From an uncultured Methanosarcinales archaeon (GTDB lineage Archaea; Nanobdellota; Nanobdellia; Woesearchaeales; ARS49): a stretch of 64,000 nt of DNA. Shown here in pieces: positions 19,135 to 28,132 of the stretch. The notes beneath the pieces were generated by a model, which made no database searches, was not told the origin of the DNA, and was given only the letters and a program-made list of their open reading frames with translations. The stretch is taken from positions 6,018 through 70,017 of the forward strand of contig CAYIEN010000003.1 in assembly GCA_964362535.1 (NCBI GenBank), read 5' to 3'. The position numbers and the translations under genes are program-made. How positions within the stretch are numbered: position 1 is the first letter of the stretch; each line of letters opens with the position of its first letter.

Positions 19135-19923
19135 ATGCGCCTCGTTCTCGACATTCGCAAAACACTCGAACAAAACGCAGCCTTCTACTTCGAAAAAGCC
19201 AAAAAGTTCAAAGCAAAAGCAAAAGGCGCACGAGAAACAGCCGAAAAATTCCGTTCAAAACTTGCAAAACAACCTGTTGAGAAAGAGCACAAAAAACCAG
19301 AACTCAAAGAACAAACCAGCAAACACTGGTATGAAAAGTTCAGATGGTTCTTGAGCAGCGAAGGAATGCTTTGTGTTGGTGGTAGAGACGCTGGCTCAAA
19401 TGAATTGATTGTGAAAAAGCATACAGACGCGCATGACTTATTGTGCCACACGGAAGCTCCCGGAAGCCCATTCTTTGTCATCAAAACAGAAGGCGTCAAA
19501 CCGAACCAATTAACCATTGACGAAGCATTGCAAGCAACCGTGAGCTATTCCCGCGCGTGGAAAACCGGAGTTGCAGCGGCAGATGCCTTTTGCGTCACTC
19601 CGGAACAAGTTTCCAAAGAAGCAAACACTGGCGAACACATCGCAAAAGGCTCCTTCATGGTCCGCGGCAAACGAGAAACAAAACAAGTTCCTGTAAAGTT
19701 AGCAATCGGCATGCTGCCCGACAAACGCCTCATGGCAGGACCCGAAAGCGCCGTTTCGAAGCACTGCACCAACATCATGCAAATAGTCCAAGGCGACCTC
19801 AAACCCAGCGACGCCGCCAAAAAAATACAAAAGTATATAGGCACGGGCGAGCCGGACGAGATAATACGACTGCTACCCGCAGGCGAACTACGAGTGATAG
19901 GAAATGTACCAACACACCATTAA
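19135..19923 (+). CDS. NFACT-R (DUF814) domain protein, equivalent to the C-terminal half of Rqc2/NEMF
   Basis: NAAFYFEKAKK, WYEKFRWFLSS, GGRDAGSNE, YSRAWK, KGSFMVRGK. Confidence 0.9.
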   Translation: MRLVLDIRKTLEQNAAFYFEKAKKFKAKAKGARETAEKFRSKLAKQPVEKEHKKPELKEQTSKHWYEKFRWFLSSEGMLCVGGRDAGSNELIVKKHTDAHDLLCHTEAPGSPFFVIKTEGVKPNQLTIDEALQATVSYSRAWKTGVAAADAFCVTPEQVSKEANTGEHIAKGSFMVRGKRETKQVPVKLAIGMLPDKRLMAGPESAVSKHCTNIMQIVQGDLKPSDAAKKIQKYIGTGEPDEIIRLLPAGELRVIGNVPTHH

Positions 19924-20116
19924 CGTCGGCAAAACAGGCTTAACAGAATCCGTACTGACGGAAATTAAAACACGAATCGAAAAACACGGCCAGATACGAA
20001 TTAAGTTTCTACCGTCTGCTGAAAATAGAAAAGAACTCGTTGCTAATTTGGCCGAAATGGTCGATGCGAAGAAGGTCAGCAAGATTGGTTTTGTCGTTGT
20101 GCTGGCGAAGAAGTAG
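19904..20116 (+). CDS. YhbY/CRM-family RNA-binding protein
   Basis: INVGKTGLTESVLTEI..IRIKFL..IGFVVVL. Confidence 0.85.
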   Translation: MYQHTINVGKTGLTESVLTEIKTRIEKHGQIRIKFLPSAENRKELVANLAEMVDAKKVSKIGFVVVLAKK

Positions 20117-20147
20117 GGATTTCTATTACTATCTGAGAAGGTAGGAC

Positions 20148-20567
20148 TTATTCTTTATAGTATTCAGAACTATTGGCAGGTTTCATGTCAGTTTTTCCAT
20201 CGCCGAAAAAGTTGTAAACAGTATCAACTGTTTCGTCAATGCTACCGTGAACAAATCTCCCACACGAAGAAATATTTGGAATCATGATTTTGCCTGTCGA
20301 ATTGTTGAATTTGAACCTAATGATTGTTTCTTTCGGAGTATAGTCAAAACGTGTTATTTCTGCTTCATTAAAAATCGCGGCTTCCTCTGCTTCCGAAGAA
20401 CCGATATGCAGTTTGTATGATTTTGGTGTGCCTATCTTTTTCCCTTCAATGACGAGCCAGCCAAGATTGGGTAGGTAGTTAGGAAAGTGTCCGACATATA
20501 ATGGAATTCGATCAGAAGAAAGACCGTCAATATTTGGACCCTCAGTTAAATGAAGTTCAATTGGCAT
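20148..20567 (-). CDS. Hypothetical protein
   Basis: 139-aa ORF with TTTAAA upstream. Confidence 0.6.
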   Translation of the reverse strand: MPIELHLTEGPNIDGLSSDRIPLYVGHFPNYLPNLGWLVIEGKKIGTPKSYKLHIGSSEAEEAAIFNEAEITRFDYTPKETIIRFKFNNSTGKIMIPNISSCGRFVHGSIDETVDTVYNFFGDGKTDMKPANSSEYYKE

Positions 20568-20710
20568 ATTTAGACGAGAAACGACTTTCTTTTTAAATTT
20601 ATTCTCTATTTCTGAATAGGCTCACCTTTTCTTCCGGTTTAGATAATCGCGGTTTTTCTTATTCTTACGACTATTGATTTTTGGGTTGAAGCGCCGCAAC
20701 CTTTATATAC

Positions 20711-20734
20711 TGAGTACCCATATGAGTACCCATA
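20711..20734 (+). promoter_or_regulatory. Perfect 12-bp tandem repeat between TATA box and start codon (candidate TA operator)
   Basis: TGAGTACCCATA x2 after TTTATATA at 20702-20709. Confidence 0.65.
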
Positions 20735-20964
20735 TGACAAAGAATATTGCCATCATGGATAAGGCGTACGATGTGCTTACGAGGCATAAGCTTCCCGGAG
20801 AAAGCTTTTCGCAAGTCATTTTACGAGAATTTGAACCGCAAAAGAGTTCGTGGACTGATTACATTGGAACGTTCTCCGACATTTCTGACAAAGAAGCTGC
20901 GCAAATGCAGGCCGACATCAAGCGCGCACGAAAACTTTCTGACACAAAACGAGGCGATCAATGA
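20734..20964 (+). CDS. vapB: VapB-type antitoxin (archaeal DUF217-like)
   Basis: TKNIAIMDKAYDVL..K..GESFSQVILR; ATGA overlap with the PIN gene. Confidence 0.85.
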   Translation: MTKNIAIMDKAYDVLTRHKLPGESFSQVILREFEPQKSSWTDYIGTFSDISDKEAAQMQADIKRARKLSDTKRGDQ

Positions 20965-21350
20965 AATGCTGCGATAGCGCATTCCTGATGGATTTGCTTC
21001 GAGGACTTCCCGCGGCAGTCGCGAAAGCAAACGAGCATCGCCCTGATGAGCTGGTCATTACGCCCATGGCGGCTCATGAAACGCTTACGGGAATTTTTTT
21101 TCGAGGATCCTCCCCGGCAAAACTCGACTCCGCATTTCGCTTCCTCGCAGGATTCAAAATGCTTCATTCGGATCTGGCGTCCTGCGTTAATTCCGCACAA
21201 ATGAGCGCAGCACTCCGAAAAGCAGGAAAGGAAGTCGGCACCGTTGATCTGTTAATTGTCGGCGCAATGCTGTCCAATGATTGTGATACAATTATTACCC
21301 GAGATACCGACTTTAAACGCATCAAAGGAATAACAGTCGAAACCTACTAA
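20961..21350 (+). CDS. vapC: VapC PIN-domain toxin
   Basis: CDSAFLMD, HE, DLLI, ITRDTDFKRIKG. Confidence 0.9.
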   Translation: MKCCDSAFLMDLLRGLPAAVAKANEHRPDELVITPMAAHETLTGIFFRGSSPAKLDSAFRFLAGFKMLHSDLASCVNSAQMSAALRKAGKEVGTVDLLIVGAMLSNDCDTIITRDTDFKRIKGITVETY

Positions 21351-21400
21351 AACACACTCATAACCTTTAAATAGCATTCAGACACTAACAGGCACAAAAG

Positions 21401-22915
21401 ATGGCAGACAAAAAAGAGGAAAAGAAGGGAGATAAAGGCAAGTCTGACAAGAAGAAAGAAGTTCTCGCAAAAGACTATTTCACCGAATGGGACAGCGTCG
21501 AAATGGCTAAAGACCAAATCGTTACGTACAAAGAAATATATCCCAAACCAGCAAGCCGCTTTCGCGTACTGCTTGAAGCTCCAAACGTCGGCATCGAACC
21601 ACTCTACTTCTGGATGCTCACCCAGTTCCGCGGCATCGGCTATTCAAAAGTAGACAAAATCTCCGACATCTTCAGCGCATCCGAATCATCAAGTCTTTTC
21701 GGCCAAGGACAACAACGACTTGGCGTCACGCAAGATCGAATCATGAGCTTCTTGCGCATCATGCACGACATGATTAAAATCATTCCCAACCAAGTCCGAG
21801 AACTTCGCGTCATCAAAGAACGACTCCAATATTACGATGATTCCTTCAAAAAAGGCGGAAAAGGAGAAGCCGCAGAAAAAATACTGAAAGGACTGTACGT
21901 TGACCTCGTCGAAGGCGGAACAAAATCAGCAAGCAGCGTCTTCGGACTATCACAACAAGTCGGATTCGTTATTCTTCCAGAGCTGTTCTTCCGTGAACGA
22001 CTCGAACCCGGACAAGACGAAAACAAATTCTTCGAATACATCAAAGGACTTGAAAAAGACTTCAACCCGACGGTCATCAACACACTCCAACGAAAACTCT
22101 TACAGTATTACACGTGGAAAACAAGCACGTACAAAGAAATCAAACAACGACAAAAATATTTGCTTACGTACATGAAACAAGTTTACTCAACGGTACGATT
22201 GTACATGCAGTGGACCAAGCCGTATTTGAAATTAGCAAAAAAGATGGGCATCGACATCGACAGCACCGGACGAGCCGAACTCGTGCGTGCGTTCGAAACA
22301 TCCCTCATCGAAGTCGAAATTCTTGCTCGACGCGTCGAAAAAAGCTCGAAGAACGATTCCCCTGACAAAGAAGAACAAACAATCCACAACTGCATGCTCA
22401 TTACGTTCAGCTACCGCACAAAACCCTCCATGTCCTTCGCAACACCCGACTTCCAACACCGCGGACCAACACACGTCGGCGAAGCAGAAATTACGTGGCG
22501 AAGCTACGCATGGAACGATAAGGATTTGCGTAAATACAAAGAACTCAAAGACGCAGAAGACCTCGAACTATTGAAAAGCATGAGCGAAACACTCAAAAGC
22601 TCACTCGAAGGCGTCGAAGACGACTTCAAAGCATTCATCGAAGAAACCGACAAAGAACTTTATCCGCCCAAGAAAGAGGAAGAGCCTGAAAAACCAAGAC
22701 CATTCTTTTCACCCATCACCGACGTCTTCACCGGCATCGGCGGCGTCAGCAAAGAAATAACTGGAGGAGTCGCCGGCATCGCAAAATCATTCTGGCCCCA
22801 AACCCCAAAAGGCAGCAGCAAATCCAGCCGCGACAGCATCGAAAAATCTGCCAAAAAACTCACGTGGTTATGCTACAAAAACTTCAAGAAAAGCTTCGGT
22901 TTAGTTGCCTGGTAG
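21401..22915 (+). CDS. Large helical hypothetical protein
   Basis: 504-aa ORF with TTTAAATA upstream; no motif recognised. Confidence 0.85.
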   Translation: MADKKEEKKGDKGKSDKKKEVLAKDYFTEWDSVEMAKDQIVTYKEIYPKPASRFRVLLEAPNVGIEPLYFWMLTQFRGIGYSKVDKISDIFSASESSSLFGQGQQRLGVTQDRIMSFLRIMHDMIKIIPNQVRELRVIKERLQYYDDSFKKGGKGEAAEKILKGLYVDLVEGGTKSASSVFGLSQQVGFVILPELFFRERLEPGQDENKFFEYIKGLEKDFNPTVINTLQRKLLQYYTWKTSTYKEIKQRQKYLLTYMKQVYSTVRLYMQWTKPYLKLAKKMGIDIDSTGRAELVRAFETSLIEVEILARRVEKSSKNDSPDKEEQTIHNCMLITFSYRTKPSMSFATPDFQHRGPTHVGEAEITWRSYAWNDKDLRKYKELKDAEDLELLKSMSETLKSSLEGVEDDFKAFIEETDKELYPPKKEEEPEKPRPFFSPITDVFTGIGGVSKEITGGVAGIAKSFWPQTPKGSSKSSRDSIEKSAKKLTWLCYKNFKKSFGLVAW

Positions 22916-22963
22916 CGCTCATAATTCATACATAATATATAGTTTATCGACGTAAAATCGTCT

Positions 22964-23530
22964 ATGGTCCCCATAGATGCGGAACAGCTCAAACAAGAGT
23001 CGCCATCCGAACGCATCAAAGCGATTACTGCGTTGCGCGCAAAGATTGCGGAACGATTAGCATCTTGGCAAGAACAAACCGAAACAGACCTGCAAACACT
23101 TGCGACGCTTGAACAAGACGCCCAACGAGAACTCGCGACCATCACGCGCATCGAAGTCCCAAAGACTCGCGAAATAAAAGTTGAAGAAATCGGCAAGAAA
23201 AAAACATTGGAAGAAACCGTCGCACCCGCAAAAACAACAACCGACCATGCAAACCTACTCCAACACGCGTACGATTTCGCCCACAAACATGCCTACGACA
23301 AAATCGCAGACATCCGCGACAAATTCGCAACCGGTGAAACACTCACCCCCGCAGAAGAACGCACCGCGCAATACTTCGGCGAACTCTTACAATCATTCCA
23401 CAAAGTCTCCTCCTACATCCGAGACGAACAGACAAAAGAGACACTCACCCGTTCAGAAAAAGCAATCCAACAAATGCAAAACAAACATGATACTGATGCA
23501 GAAGAGCCAACAAAACGGCAGGAGTTCTGA
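22964..23530 (+). CDS. Coiled-coil hypothetical protein
   Basis: 188 aa, charged and helical; ends 5 nt before the next gene. Confidence 0.75.
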   Translation: MVPIDAEQLKQESPSERIKAITALRAKIAERLASWQEQTETDLQTLATLEQDAQRELATITRIEVPKTREIKVEEIGKKKTLEETVAPAKTTTDHANLLQHAYDFAHKHAYDKIADIRDKFATGETLTPAEERTAQYFGELLQSFHKVSSYIRDEQTKETLTRSEKAIQQMQNKHDTDAEEPTKRQEF

Positions 23531-23535
23531 GTAAT

Positions 23536-25509
23536 ATGGCGGGCGACTATTTCAATAACGGATATCTCAACGCCATGGATCGCTTCGAAAAAGAATTTGA
23601 CATCCCTTCCATTTCTGGCAAAGGAGTTCCGAAGCCTGAAGCATTGATTCCTATCCGCGAAATCGGCGTCAGCATCATGGCAACGAGGGATGCAATTCAG
23701 CCCTTGATTGCAAAGATCCGCGAAGGAGCCAGCAAAGTCGAAATCGGATTTATGGGCTCAGGCAAAGGAAGCATCTTCTCCGGCCAAATCACCCCCGAAG
23801 GCGTCGACGCAGAACAACGACAAGCCATTCGCGAAATCGCCAAAATCAACAAAGTCGAACTCAGCACGCACGCTTCCGTCGGAACAGGCGGATTTGCGGG
23901 CTTCACTAACAGAGGATTTGATGACTCGACTCGCGAACAAAACATCCAAGAATTAAAACGAGCAATCGATTTCGCAGCCGATACCGCTCAAGGCGGAGCA
24001 ATCACCGTCCACATGGACGAATTCGTACGACCTATTTCTGAAGTACAAGGCGGATTCTTGGCGCACCCGGATGAAAAGAACACCACAACGTTTTACCTTG
24101 TCAATGAAAAGACGGGCGACATCATCCGAAGCGTCAGCAAAGACGTACCAATCAATACTCCTATCTGGCGAAAAGCCGAAAAAGGAGAAAGGGCAAATGA
24201 ATTCGGAGAAGCACTCGACAATTTTAATAACCGCGTTCCTAAAATCAAAAAAGACGAAAACGGCAACCCAACTGACAAATTTGACATTCAAACACTCAAA
24301 TGGGAAGACAAGAACGCAACGAACGACATTCTCCGCGAAACCGAAAAGCGCAACCGCAACCGTCCAAAAAATGACCAACTTAAACCTGAACAGGTCTATT
24401 ACGAAATTCAAGTCGAATCAAAAAAATATCAGTTGGAAGGAGAACGTCTTTTTCACATGCAAGATTACGACAAACATTTACGTGAGAAAAAAACAATCGA
24501 AAAAAACATTGATGAGCTCAAAGCAGGAAAAACTCTTAAAATTCAAGATGAAGAAACAGGTAAAATAACCGAACAGGAAATTCCTGCAGAACAAAGAAAA
24601 GCACTCATCGAAAAACAGCAGGACCAGCTGTCTCATGTAAACCACCAAATTTCTCGAATAAACAGTGCAGCTATTTCTTACCAAGAACAATTGCAAGAAT
24701 TCGAACAACAAATGAAAAATATCAAGCCCATGGAAAAAGTCGCACTCGGCAAAAGCACAGAAGCACTCGGACGCGCGGGATTGTATGCATACGATGTTGA
24801 GCAGGCAAAAGGACTCAACAAAAATAAAGACAAACCGTTGTTTATCGCCCCCGAAAACCTCTTCGCCGAAAAATACGGCTCGCACCCCGACGAATTGAAA
24901 GCACTCATTGAAGGTTCTCGAGAACAAATGAAAATACTCCTTCAAAAACGCGGAATGAAAGAATCAGAAGCCCAACAAATCGCTGGCGACCACATCAAAG
25001 CAACCCTCGACATCGGACACTTGAACACGTGGCGCAAATACTTCCAAGCAAAAGACGCAAACGAATCCATTGAATCTAGAGACAAACGATTCAACACGTG
25101 GGTCATTGACAAAATTAAAGAGCTTAACAAAGGCAATATTATTGGTCACATCCACATCACGGACAACTTCGGCTACCATGATGAACACTTGACTCCAGGA
25201 CAAGGCAACGCGCCCATCATGGACTTTATCAAAGAGATGCAGAAGCATTTCAAAGACAAGCCACTTGATTTGGTTGTTGAACCCGGCGCTCAAGATCCTG
25301 CCAAACAATACGAAGCGCTCTACGGTGGCTGGAAACTCTTCGGCCACAGCATCTACGGCATCTCTGCACCTGGTAAAAAACCGTTTGACATGGGCGGTCA
25401 GAGAGGTTACTTTGGTACTACGGTTCCTCCGCAGTTCCTGTTCGGCGAAATGGCGCTTTCGGATGACTACCGAGGAAGTCCGTTCTTTACTGGCTTAGGA
25501 CTTGAATAA
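23536..25509 (+). CDS. Xylose isomerase-like / AP endonuclease 2 TIM-barrel metalloprotein with a large insertion
   Basis: STHAS, ITVH, APEN, TLDIGH, HIHITDNFG.HDEHL.PGQG, VVEPG. Confidence 0.85.
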   Translation: MAGDYFNNGYLNAMDRFEKEFDIPSISGKGVPKPEALIPIREIGVSIMATRDAIQPLIAKIREGASKVEIGFMGSGKGSIFSGQITPEGVDAEQRQAIREIAKINKVELSTHASVGTGGFAGFTNRGFDDSTREQNIQELKRAIDFAADTAQGGAITVHMDEFVRPISEVQGGFLAHPDEKNTTTFYLVNEKTGDIIRSVSKDVPINTPIWRKAEKGERANEFGEALDNFNNRVPKIKKDENGNPTDKFDIQTLKWEDKNATNDILRETEKRNRNRPKNDQLKPEQVYYEIQVESKKYQLEGERLFHMQDYDKHLREKKTIEKNIDELKAGKTLKIQDEETGKITEQEIPAEQRKALIEKQQDQLSHVNHQISRINSAAISYQEQLQEFEQQMKNIKPMEKVALGKSTEALGRAGLYAYDVEQAKGLNKNKDKPLFIAPENLFAEKYGSHPDELKALIEGSREQMKILLQKRGMKESEAQQIAGDHIKATLDIGHLNTWRKYFQAKDANESIESRDKRFNTWVIDKIKELNKGNIIGHIHITDNFGYHDEHLTPGQGNAPIMDFIKEMQKHFKDKPLDLVVEPGAQDPAKQYEALYGGWKLFGHSIYGISAPGKKPFDMGGQRGYFGTTVPPQFLFGEMALSDDYRGSPFFTGLGLE

Positions 25510-25576
25510 TTCTCGTTTAACTATCAATTAAGAGTGACAAATGTTCTTAAAGCGCCGAAGGAGATTCTGACGTTGG

Positions 25577-26386
25577 ATGGCCGAATTCACGATACACCCG
25601 CGAGAGAACCCTGTTCTGACACTTTATAGCAAAGATGATAGAGAATTGGCTCGCAAGTTCTCGCAAAAGATATACAAAGAATTCGGCAACTTTCTCAAAG
25701 CAGTTGTCTTATTTGGTTCGGCAGCGACCCGCGAAAAACGCTCGGCAGGAAGCGACATCGACATTCTCATCGTCATCGATGACGTCAGCATGCAGCTCAG
25801 CCAAGAACTCATCACCACGTATCGCTTAATTGTTGAAAAGATGGTTGTTGAAACATCTGACAGATTTCACATCACCACATTGCGATTGACCTCGTTCTGG
25901 GAATACATCCGTGCAGGCGACCCCGTCGGTATCAATATCTTGCGTGACGGACTTGCCATCTTAGACACTGGCTTCTTTGATCCTTTACAGATTTTGCTCA
26001 GACAAGGACGCATACGACCCACGCAAGAAAGCGTATGGAACTACTACATGCGTGCTCCGACAACATTGCACAACAGCAAATGGCACGTGTTGCAAGCCAC
26101 CCTTGATCTGTACTGGGCAGCCGTTGACAGCGCACACGCCGCACTGATGCACATCGGAGAAGTCCCGCCAAGCCCCGACCACGTCGCGGACTTACTGGAA
26201 ACCAAATTCGTCAAAACAAAACATCTCGAAGCAAGATACACCCACATCTTCCGTTACCTCTACAACTTGTCAAAGATGATTGTGCATCGTGAAATCAAAG
26301 AAATCAAGGGAGACGAGTACACCAAATACTATCACATGGCAGAAGAATTCGTCGAACGTATGCGCAAAATAGTTGAACAGAAATAA
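25577..26386 (+). CDS. Minimal nucleotidyltransferase fused to a HEPN-like helical domain
   Basis: VLFGS..SDIDILIVIDD; C-terminal LYWAAVDSAHAALM..AEEFVERMRK bundle. Confidence 0.85.
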   Translation: MAEFTIHPRENPVLTLYSKDDRELARKFSQKIYKEFGNFLKAVVLFGSAATREKRSAGSDIDILIVIDDVSMQLSQELITTYRLIVEKMVVETSDRFHITTLRLTSFWEYIRAGDPVGINILRDGLAILDTGFFDPLQILLRQGRIRPTQESVWNYYMRAPTTLHNSKWHVLQATLDLYWAAVDSAHAALMHIGEVPPSPDHVADLLETKFVKTKHLEARYTHIFRYLYNLSKMIVHREIKEIKGDEYTKYYHMAEEFVERMRKIVEQK

Positions 26387-26767
26387 TTATTCTTTCACAA
26401 CAGATTCTGACTGTTCAAGCGTTTCCAACACTTTTGAAACCTTTCTTTTTTGCCTGCCTAACGACCACGTCCCATACGGAATCGCGTCCGCAACCAAGTG
26501 CAGCAAACCAAGCAACAAGCTCCGATCAACATTACCATGATCACGATGCAGCACCACAACACTCCCTCGCTCAACCGCGTGAATGTGGCGCACTAACTCA
26601 GTACTACGATACGTCTGCTTTTCAGTAAATACATTCGGAGAAGGACGAAATTCATCACGGTAAATCTTGAAATGTTCTGTCGGAACAACCACAAACTTTT
26701 TGCCCAACCCACGAAATTCATGAACGCGCTTACTTGCCAACGCATTCCACAATTCCTGCTGTTTCAT
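26387..26767 (-). CDS. Hypothetical protein
   Basis: 126-aa ORF convergent with the MNT gene. Confidence 0.6.
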   Translation of the reverse strand: MKQQELWNALASKRVHEFRGLGKKFVVVPTEHFKIYRDEFRPSPNVFTEKQTYRSTELVRHIHAVERGSVVVLHRDHGNVDRSLLLGLLHLVADAIPYGTWSLGRQKRKVSKVLETLEQSESVVKE

Positions 26768-26845
26768 GCCCGTTTTTAAAGCGTAATACTTAATAATTGT
26801 TTCGCAACCATAATGCTTAAATAGCCATCAGCAGTTCTCAATCAT

Positions 26846-27289
26846 ATGGTTATCGAATCCAAAGTAAGCCAAACTCCCGTTAAGGTCGAACAGCTTTCCC
26901 TTACGGACAGATTGGCAGCAGTCGCTCCCAAAACAGCTTCAACAGCAACCAAAACAATCGCAGCATCAACAGAACAAACTCCTCAGTATTTGCAAAAGGC
27001 AACCGTCGTCTATGATGCATCCGATAAAAAACCTGTTGACACCAAAAAAGTTAAGGTTCACGGCGACATCTTCTCCAAACCTGAACACATCAAGTACGAC
27101 AAAGAAGACCGCAATTTTATTCCTGCAGTTGTTTATGACGTCAACAAAGGACACGTTGACAAACGCTTCGGCAATAGAGTCGCGCACTTGGCACCCAACT
27201 CCACGTCTGGACTTGGTTCAGCTCCTGTTTCAAATAGATTAATCACTTTGCGCATGGGCGCAAGCGACGATTCCTACCTTTGGAATTAA
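26846..27289 (+). CDS. Hypothetical protein
   Basis: 147 aa; TTAAATAGCC promoter upstream. Confidence 0.65.
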   Translation: MVIESKVSQTPVKVEQLSLTDRLAAVAPKTASTATKTIAASTEQTPQYLQKATVVYDASDKKPVDTKKVKVHGDIFSKPEHIKYDKEDRNFIPAVVYDVNKGHVDKRFGNRVAHLAPNSTSGLGSAPVSNRLITLRMGASDDSYLWN

Positions 27290-27342
27290 CAGTTTTCTCC
27301 GCATACATTTAAATAGCCACCGTCGAATAACTCTCCTGTCAA

Positions 27343-27468
27343 ATGGCAGTGAAAATCATCAAATTCGTGAACGACGCATGCTTCGGCAAGAAGCACGACC
27401 TTATCGAACAGTGCAAAAACTGCTGGATCCACGAATCCTGTTTGATATGTTTTAGAAACAGAAAATAA
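27343..27468 (+). CDS. 41-aa Cys/His-rich microprotein
   Basis: MAVKIIKFVNDACFGKKHDLIEQCKNCWIHESCLICFRNRK, with its own TTTAAATAGCC promoter. Below the ORF-track cutoff. Confidence 0.65.
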   Translation: MAVKIIKFVNDACFGKKHDLIEQCKNCWIHESCLICFRNRK

Positions 27469-27483
27469 TTCTTAACTAACGAT

Positions 27484-27870
27484 TTACACTATTTTAAGTC
27501 CGGGTATCCTAGAAAATTCTTTATGATTGCCCGTTTTGATTGGGCATCCTTCCGCAAGTGCGATTGCACCGATAAACGTATCAACTAATCCAATAACTTT
27601 TCCCTTCTTTTGTAAGTGCGCCGTAATTGATCCTGCAACACGGGCACTCTCAGGTCGTAGGGTTAAAACATCAATCCCTTGAGTCAATGCTTCAATTGCT
27701 GCTAGATGTATCGGAACGTTATTCGATTTATACGCTCCTAACGTGAGCTCAAAAAGAGTGAACGTCGTCATGACTAACGGACCTGCACGGTCAAAAAAGT
27801 CCAGCGCATCTTCTTTTCCGCGTAAAGCATCGATGAAAATATCAGTATCTACACATATCGGGGTTTCCAT
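27484..27870 (-). CDS. vapC: VapC PIN-domain toxin
   Basis: VDTDIFIDALRG, FEL, DTFIGAIA, TGNHKEFSRIPGL. Confidence 0.92.
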   Translation of the reverse strand: METPICVDTDIFIDALRGKEDALDFFDRAGPLVMTTFTLFELTLGAYKSNNVPIHLAAIEALTQGIDVLTLRPESARVAGSITAHLQKKGKVIGLVDTFIGAIALAEGCPIKTGNHKEFSRIPGLKIV

Positions 27871-28091
27871 GAATTCCTCATTTTGCGGATATCTTTCTTC
27901 AGGATTTCCGCTTCTTTATCCGTCATTTTCCACATTCCGAAAATCTCGCGCAGACTCGGTCGCGCACGTACATGACTGAGTGCTTCATCGAATGAAATCG
28001 GTCTGCCTTTTTCATTCTGTAGGTCTGCTGCCTTTTTTGCCAGCCACATATAGTTTTCTTCACCTATCTTGATTACTTTTGTAACAGTCAT
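27849..28091 (-). CDS. vapB: Antitoxin, partner of the VapC gene
   Basis: TKVIKIGEENY..ISFDEAL..FGMWKMTDKEAE; overlaps vapC. Confidence 0.8.
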   Translation of the reverse strand: MTVTKVIKIGEENYMWLAKKAADLQNEKGRPISFDEALSHVRARPSLREIFGMWKMTDKEAEILKKDIRKMRNSWKPRYV

Positions 28092-28121
28092 GTTACTTAG
28101 TAACTTAGTATACTTTATAAA
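28092..28121 (-). promoter_or_regulatory. TATA box plus repeat/palindrome (candidate TA operator)
   Basis: ACTTAGTA x2 (28095-28110), GTTAC-tta-GTAAC palindrome, TTTATAAA at 28114-28121. Confidence 0.6.
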
Positions 28122-28132
28122 CTTTACGACCA

